From NCBI GenBank assembly GCA_963693365.1, contig CAVNZM010000003.1:12628603-12676751 (forward strand): 48,149 nt of DNA, read 5' to 3'. Each line of letters starts with the position of its first letter. Position 1 is the stretch's first letter. The stretch is from Amoebidium appalachense (Eukaryota; Protista; Ichthyosporea). The notes under the pieces were generated by a model, which was given only the letters and a program-made list of their open reading frames with translations, was not told where the DNA came from and made no database searches. The translations under genes were made by a program, and so were the position numbers. Positions 38,220 to 48,149 of the stretch are shown piece after piece.

Positions 38220-40443
38220 AGAGAGACTGTGTGTCTGTGTGTGTGTTTGTGTTTCTGTGTGTGGTGTGACCGTTGTGCATGTGTTTCTGTTTTTGTGGGT
38301 GCGTGTTTGCGTGTGTGTTTGCGTGTGTGTTTGTGTGTGTGTTTGTGTGTGCATTTTTTTTGGGTGTATGTGTGTGTTCGTGGGTGTGTGTGTGTTCGTG
38401 TGTGTGTGACAGATAAACGGGGTGAGACAGAGAGAGATAGAGAGATAGAGAGATAGAGAAGAAGAGAGAGAGAGAGGGAGAGAGAGAGAGAGAGACTGTG
38501 TGCATGATGTGTGTGTTCATTCGGTGGGAGCCAGGGGAAGAAAGAAAGAGAAGGGGGGGGGGGGGGGGGGAAGGCTGTCACCTTCTTCAGGTCGTGAAGG
38601 GCAGCGTTGTAGCCTGTGGCGTTTAACTTGTCGCTGTTGTTGAGCCGGCCGAAGATGCCGGAATCACGGTAGGAGGGGCAGAAGAGCACCTCCTTCACGA
38701 TGTACATGCAGTAGGCATGTGTGGTCGTGAAAGAGGAAACCTGGATGTGGGGAAAGGAGGATGAAAGTTAGTTAGGGTGTACAAGGAATCAACACGTTTT
38801 TGCTCTATCTCTTGAATGTTCCTAGTGGGAAGGGGGATGGGCGAGGAGGTGGGGGGGGGGGGGGGGGGGGGGGGGTGTAAATAAGGATCCGAGAGTATTA
38901 TGGTGCAGTATGCTTGCCTAGAGAGAGGGTGCAATGTACTGAACTGCTTAGACAACCAAGAGAAAAGCAAATACCTGGTCGGAAGCCGGGGCTATCTTCT
39001 TCACAATTTGTCGGAAGATGCTGTTCATGCCGGGGCGGCCTTGCTCGTCGACCCACCACTTCGGCCCAAGCACAAACTGCTCACCGTTGGCCTCGGCCAC
39101 ATACATGCTGGTTAGCCTGTTGAAGGCTTGCTTGCGCTCTTCAGTGCCGGCCCCATGTTCCTGTGTTTAACGGGGGGGGGGGGGGGGGGGGGGGGGGGTA
39201 AGCAATATATATCAAGTGATTGGAAGTGATTGTTTCTATCAGGACACAATGGGAGAGTTAAAGGAGAGGGTTTGAAAAGAAGTTAGGAAGGAGAGGCTGA
39301 GGGAGGAAGCAAGTTAAAAGAGAGTATTTAAGGGGAAAGTAGGAGGGAGAAACTGAGGTGGGAAGTTTTTTTTATGTTTTTTTTTTTTTTTGGGGGGGGG
39401 GGGGGGGGGGGAGTGGTAAAAATACAAGTAAAAAGGAATAGGACAGGGTTGAATGTTCATCATCGAAGTGCCTTTAGTGCAATTGAATACTCGTAAATAC
39501 ACAATGACGAACACATCTGAATAAACACTTTGTACATCAACGAATGCAATGCACTGGTTAATGGTACTAACACATGCAATATAATGTTCAATGTACACTC
39601 GAACAACACCTGTGTAACATACGAACACTCATCAAGGACACCCAAGAACATACGAATAGTACATACATAGTGCTAAACAATGGAATCGTTTCAAGTTAGA
39701 TTAAAAACAAATACCAAAGAGATGGTGGTGAATGGGGTAGTTAAATATAAAAACATATACCAAAGAGATGGTGGTGCGTGGGATAGTGTGGGATAGTGTG
39801 GGGGGAGGGGGGGGGGGGGGGGGGGGGGGATGGGGATGGGGATGCATACACTGATGTCGTACTTCTCCTCCAGTTGCGGGTAAGCCACATTGCGTAGCTT
39901 CCACGCAAACTGGCCACGCCCGTGGCGTACAGCGTCACGGATCGGTCCCCGGTGGTACTTCTGGGCGATGAAGGCCTTGATCCCCTCGTCCTCACGGTCG
40001 CCCTCCTCGATGAGGCCCTTCTCCTCGGCGAGCAGCCACACAGCCTCGTCGAGGTCAAGGTCCGTGGCACAGTAGGTCATGCCAAAGACAATCCTGGTGA
40101 CGTCTGATGTTGACGTCACCCTCCTGAGGTTGTGGTAGAGCTGGCATGTGTATGTGTGTATGAATCATGTGTTGTGCAGAGGGCCAGGGGGAAGGGGCAA
40201 AAGGGGGGGGGGGGGGGGGTTAGTTATCCACAGTGATGGCACAAGATTACGTCAAGGTGGAGGATCTCAATACATGTATTTGTGTTTTGATTCTCTTCGG
40301 GGAAAGATGGGGGAGGGGGGGGGGGGGGGGGGGAGGCGGGTGAAGGCGTGGGGTGGGGGGGTGGGGGGAAGATAAGCCATGCACGGCATGATAAGCAGTC
40401 CAACTCAAAGGGCAGGCACTAATTTCAAAAATTATTTGTATGT

Positions 40444-40493
<50 letters not shown>

Positions 40494-41558
40494 GAGAATG
40501 AGGTGAACGACGTGACATGGTACCAAATAGTACACTACGAATAGCACATACATGGTAACAAAGGATGCAGCACGTTAGCCTCTTTTAAGTAAACATGGGC
40601 CCCGGGGGGGGAAGAGGGAGGGGGAGGGGGTATAAGGAGAGCATGCAGGGGCAAAAAAGGGTGGGGGTGAGGGAGGGTCGGTGGGTGGGTGAGTGGGGGG
40701 GGGGGGGGGGGGGGGGAGAACATACCGTTGAGACCTTGGAGGACATCTGGGCAACCACGATCTGCGGGATGGCCATCTCACTTTTCGAAGGTCGCTTGCG
40801 GTCAAATTCTTGAGCCGCCTTCTTGGGCTTAGATGCCGGGCTTTCCTGCCCGGCAAGCTCAGGGAAGGCGGCCTTCCACCTGCCCTCGGCGAGTGTCCAC
40901 AAGTCCTCGGTGGTAAGGCCGGGGTTGGCCTGTTGAATCCGGACAATCTCCTTGGTGATGAAGAGGTGCTTCTGCTGGCCTGGGGAAAAAAAAAAGATTA
41001 GCAAGGGTGGTAATGAGAGAGGGACGGGGGGTGTTGTGCTGTCATGGGGGGAGGGGGGGGGGGGGGGGAAGAGCAGAAACCAAGTCACTTACCAGGGGCA
41101 ATAGCTGGCTTCTCGCCGCCCTGCTGAGGTGGAACCACCTCTTCCGCCTCACTCTCCGACTCCTCTGCCTCATCCGCCGAATAGTTCGAATCTCGATCGT
41201 CGTCTCCGTTTAGATCAGAACCAACACTGTCGTCTTCTTCCTGATCTTCGGATTCGGGCTCACTTTCGAAAAGATCATCGCCGTCGTCGCTGCTGCCCTC
41301 GATATCCTGACGTGCTTTCTTCTTACTTGCCCCAACACCACTACCCGCCTTGCGCTTGTTACTACCTTCCGCAAACGTAGCGGCCAGATCGAGATCGTCG
41401 TCGGGTTGCACCGTTTTGGTGGCTTTGCCATTTTGTTTTACTGGAACTCTTGCTTTCGAGCCTTTGGAAGTGGCTTGAGTAGTAGCCTTATTCTTTGGGC
41501 CCCTGGGTGTTTGCCCCTTCCCGCCCCTACCCCCTTTCTTAGTCGCACGCCCTGACAT
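37765..41558 (-). CDS. Six-exon hypothetical protein (515 aa); exons 41558-41093, 40979-40726, 40140-39850, 39160-38975, 38740-38582, 37956-37765
   Basis: All five introns are GT-AG and phase-compatible (1548 nt total). Basic N-terminus with NLS-like KRK...KKKAR, acidic tract, an HMG-box-like segment (FITKEIVRIQQANPGLTTEDLWTLAEGRWK), helical core and Ala/Lys/Glu-rich coiled tail. Confidence 0.8.
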
Positions 41559-42641
41559 ACTACGTGATTCTCAGCTAATGGGAGTGAACTGATGTTTTGT
41601 TTTTGGGCCAACGAAAGTGGACCTGTTTTTGCCGAAGGTTCTAGTGACTCTACGTACAACTACTATTGCGAACCAAGGATGGGTTTGGTATTAAAAGGTT
41701 GGGGTCTGTGCAGGGTCTGTGCAAGTGACTTGCACACGTGCTGTATTTATGAACACCCATGGTGTGCTATTGTATAGTCACAGAATGCTACGCCGGTGTC
41801 CTGCACTCTACCACAACAAAACGCTGACTGGTTCATTGCTCGTCTCTCTCAGTTCAAAATGCCAGGAAGATTGGATCGTCGCACCAATGCAGAGCGCAGC
41901 AAATTCTCAACGGGCCAGCGGCATATAAGAGCGACACATAGCTTAAAAAAACGTTAACAAACTATAACAATAAAATTAGTCGAAAATTATACAGATATAA
42001 TATTAAAGTTGATTCTGAACCTGTATATAATGTTTTTTGCTGATTAGTGATCGAGTGGAACACCTAGGTGTATGGCACCATCCAGTAGTATTGTGAGGTT
42101 ATAACAGGGTTTAAAACAAAGAGGTGTCTCTTTTCTATATACTAAACTATGCGTCACGGCGATCTACAAACGTGATATACATTTTAAATCCATTTTATCT
42201 CAATCTTTAAAAGTGCTCTCTTCCGTGTGGTGACGGCCAATCATTGCCCTTACGTCTTCACCTCAGCCAATCACAAGCATTAAACAGCGTTTTTGATTAT
42301 GCATGACTTATGACGAATCAACGAAAGGTGATAGCTTACGTAGTTTTTTGCAACGTAAGGAAGATGATCATTTTGAGTTTTGACCCGAACCTTGGAGAAT
42401 TTCTTTGATTCGACCCAGAATCATCGGGTCATCTGAACAGTTTCACTTCTGAACCGAACCGGTTCTTACCTAGCCTGCCGCCTACACCTACACCTGAGCT
42501 ACAATCAATGAACATAGTCCAAACTCTTGCAAATGATTGGTACACCTTATTTCAGGCGCCAACACAACATGGCAGTGGCGCGCAGAGTTTGTGGTGTTCG
42601 TGAAACCAGTGTACCGTTTCGTCCCAACTAGTGGCAACAAT

Positions 42642-44695
<2,054 letters not shown>

Positions 44696-45057
44696 TGCTG
44701 GGTATGAGGCAACCAAAAATGGCGCCACCTGCTCATAACGGGAATTTTACCTTTTCACGATCGTCCGCCCGCATGTGCACGGCAACCTGTTTTTTTGTGT
44801 TACTCTACTCGATGATAGATTTCAGGCCGTTTGTGGGCCATATCCTGCGTCGCGTAAGGCAATTAATGATTTCATCAACGCAAAGTTTGCTAAACCTCGC
44901 ATAGTCCTGCTTGCAGCCTAACATGCATGTCAGACCCAGCGGCTGTGGTGTAGACAGAGTTTCCTGCCTGGTTAGACTTTTAGCGTGCATGTTCTTCTAG
45001 AATATGTAAGAATGGCTACTACGTTTAAGCCAGCCCAATATATTCGTTTAACAAAGA

Positions 45058-45089
<32 letters not shown>

Positions 45090-45494
45090 TTTCTGGGTGG
45101 AGTGGTGGTACATAGGGGGTTTTTCCTTTGGATGATGAGCTTTTTTTGCCTCGAGATGTATCGTAAGTTCTATGAAAGTTCTAATCATAACTATACTGTA
45201 ATATGCAGCTTATAATGTGTGGTCTCCCTACTTTGTGTCTTTCAGTGTGTGTGTGTGGGGTGGGGTGGGGGGGGGGGGGGGGGGGGGGTAGCAATCCGTT
45301 TAGTATGATTTCTTCTTGATGTGGCAGGCATGTGACACGTAACGCTTGGCCCGACTGACTGATCAATGCCCCTGTATATCTTACCCAATGTAACGGAAAC
45401 CAAACAAATATCAACTGCATGAACAAGCATAGTTCCCCCACTGCATGTGGCACTATCATGTGGCTGAGTAAAATAACTATCTCTATGTCAGAGC

Positions 45495-46197
45495 GGACGA
45501 TCTCACAGGGCTCTTTGATCCCCCCCCCCCCCCAAATCCCAACCCCACCACCACCACCACCACCACCCCATCCAACCCATAACACCACCCTGATATGCTG
45601 CTACCGGTACCCCTGCTCCCCCCCCCCCCCCCTCCGTTGGGGCCCCCTTCCCCCCCCCCCCCCCCCAAAAAAACACCAGCACTATCACTTCTAGCCCTAC
45701 CGCCCGTGACACCACCATGAAATGCCACGCCTGTCTCTCTCTGCTCCCTCCTCCCCTACGTACGAATCACGTACCTGACCCGCTCACAAGACTGGGGTGC
45801 TGCCCCGGGTTAAATTTTACGGATGTTTGACAATGAGTGTTGTGTTAGCGATTAATAAGGGAACCTCTTGGTACATTGTACATTGGTGTGTATTGGGAGA
45901 CGGTGGCTCCTTTGCGGCTAAAGCGTCCTGCGCGCGTGAATTTCAAACGGCTTAGAAGCATAAAATATGGAATAAAATCTCCACACACATACCCATGGCT
46001 CCACCAGAACGTGGCTCAGTAACATGTACTGTAACATCTCATGTACGGACTATCTCACGGGCCTCTTTGATCCCCCCCCCCCCCCCCTCCCCCTCCCCCT
46101 TCCTCCCCCCCCCCCCCCCCCCCCCCCAAGAATCCCCTTCCCCATAACACCAGCACTATCACTTCTACCCCTACCACTCCGAAACAGCACCATGAAA

Positions 46198-46233
<36 letters not shown>

Positions 46234-46420
46234 CACGGTGAATATGTTAGACCATTAGTGGTGTATTAGCGACTAATAATGGAACCTCTTACAGTGGTAC
46301 ATTGTACATTAGTGTGTATAAGGAGACGGTGGCTCCTTTGAGGCTGTAAGTGTCCTGCGCGCGATGATTTCAAGTGGGATAAAATATGCAACTTAAATTT
46401 TCCACCGTCACATACCCACC
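45495..46420 (+). repeat. Diverged tandem duplication, unit about 550 bp
   Basis: Blocks CTCTTTGATCCCC, AACACCAGCACTATCACTTCTA, CACCATGAAATGCC, GGTACATTGTACATT, GGAGACGGTGGCTCCTTTG and TCCTGCGCGCG each occur twice in the same order. Confidence 0.8.
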
Positions 46421-46948
46421 GTCACATACCCCGTAACTTCAAATGCAACAACCTGCAGCTGTACATGCTCCCCTGCAATCCCTCGGTTGTTGTTGTGGTT
46501 TGTGTGTATTTGTTTATGTGTGTGTGGGGGGGGGGGGAGGGGGGAGGGAGAGGAGAGGGGGGGGGGGGGGGATAAGATTGGGTGGCCGTGGGGCTACCCA
46601 AACTCAAAGATGCTAGTATATTACTCTCCATTGCCCCCTGTAAGCCTTCTCTTAAATCTCTTTTGCAACTGCAGATCTTAGCACATGGCATGCATTGCCC
46701 AGTGCGCAAGGCATATGAAATACCTAGAATTCCGACGTTTGCACCCCCATGCGATTGGGAACTGCCAGTGAAGTTTAGATATCATGCCTTCTCCCATTCC
46801 CCCCTCCCCCACAAAGGAGGGCGGTAAAAAACATCGGGAAATGTCACGCACACACCACACACACAGTGCCACGATTCGTGGCAAATCCGTTGTGCCCACA
46901 TGCCATAGTAATTAAAACACAAAGATTGCTAATGACATATAATATAAA

Positions 46949-46998
<50 letters not shown>

Positions 46999-48149
46999 CA
47001 TTGCACCCACCCACACCCACATAATCAGTGCATCGATATCCACACATGCACACTGTGGCACGAGCACACCGGCACACATACCAGATATGGGCATGACACA
47101 AAATATAGTACACAAGTATGTCGTGGGTACTCATCACCAATCTCGATATCCTCTTCCACAGCCCCCCTCCGACATACACTCACAGCCCCCCCCCCCCCCC
47201 CCCCCCCCCCCCTCCCCCCTCCATCCCCCCCTCCCGCCCCCGTTTAGCCCGTTCTGCAACCTCCCGTGCACATAGAGTCAGCAACCACGAATAAGAGACT
47301 CCAACGAGATATTTGTGTACTATATTTTGATGATGCATATTTATCAAGAAACTTTCTGAGGAGTCACATAGATATAAATCGAAGGAGCGGGAGAGGGAGG
47401 TGGGGGGGGGGGGGGGGGGGGGGGGGGGATGCTGGTGCACGTTGGGAAAGGGAGGGAGGATGGGCCAGGAGGGGGATGGGCCGGGGGTTCACGTTTGCCA
47501 CGTTGTACTGGCTTGCCCCCCCCCCCCCTCCCCCCCCCCCGCCCACCGGGCCCACAAATGAAAGGCACACACCACGGCTTAAACACATGCATACACAAAC
47601 ATGCGTGCACGTCACACACATTACATATGTGAATGCACTGCGGAGACTCATGACAAACATGATAATCCAGCTCGAGCTCGTGCCACATGTGGACTTTGAG
47701 CTGTGTATGTGCACACACAACCTGGTATCAGTACACTGATATGGGAGTGGGCCCTACGTTCGTCGTGTTTTTGGAAGCTATTGATTGTATTATTGTGTTG
47801 GGTGCATGAAGTTATTTACTATAATATGCCAGACGTTCTTTTTAAAGGGAGAAAGGGAAGGCCTACGGGGGACAATGGCGGGGGTTGGGGCGGGCTCAGG
47901 GGTGCATAGGTGGGGTGGGGTAGGGGTGCACTATAGTGTGTGTGTATATATGTGGAGGGGGGGGGGGGGGGAGGGGGGGGCGGGGGCTGCCGCTGCATGA
48001 GGCCATATATGCTTCGCCATATATGAGGCCCGCAATTAATGCACTGCTTGCACTTAAGGCCAGGCGATTAAGGGTTCATACACGTGTGAAAAGATGCCAG
48101 ACATCACATAGGTTAGTTCAATGCGGCCGGGGTGCGTTTGTGCGTGTTT

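Noticed and set aside
36495-39180. Inverted CCCCCCCGTTAAA / TTTAACGGGGGGG as TIRs
   Set aside because: Mostly homopolymer, no TSD, and the right copy is part of an intron acceptor region.

Overview
Eukaryotic genomic DNA with spliceosomal introns, saturated with (TG/CA)n, (GA/TC)n and poly-G/poly-C tracts; the organism cannot be determined from this window. Most ORFs in the six-frame track are microsatellite artefacts. Genes supported: an intronless secreted GH114 glycoside hydrolase, a 4-exon NXPE/PC-esterase-like gene (GC-AG first intron, frameshift before its DxxH motif), an 11-finger C2H2 protein, a 6-exon gene of unknown function, a frameshifted orphan gene fragment and a MULE-transposase-like remnant. 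Mobile elements: a young Ty1/Copia element with RT deleted, inserted in a (TG)n tract, and a decayed APE-RT LINE carrying two nested insertions. One insertion is a CACAG-ended non-autonomous DNA transposon. The other, the most interesting object here, is a 697-bp miniature LTR element (TRIM) in which each 289-bp LTR carries a full cloverleaf tRNA-like gene with its own Pol III terminator. All calls come from manual reading; no database searches were run.
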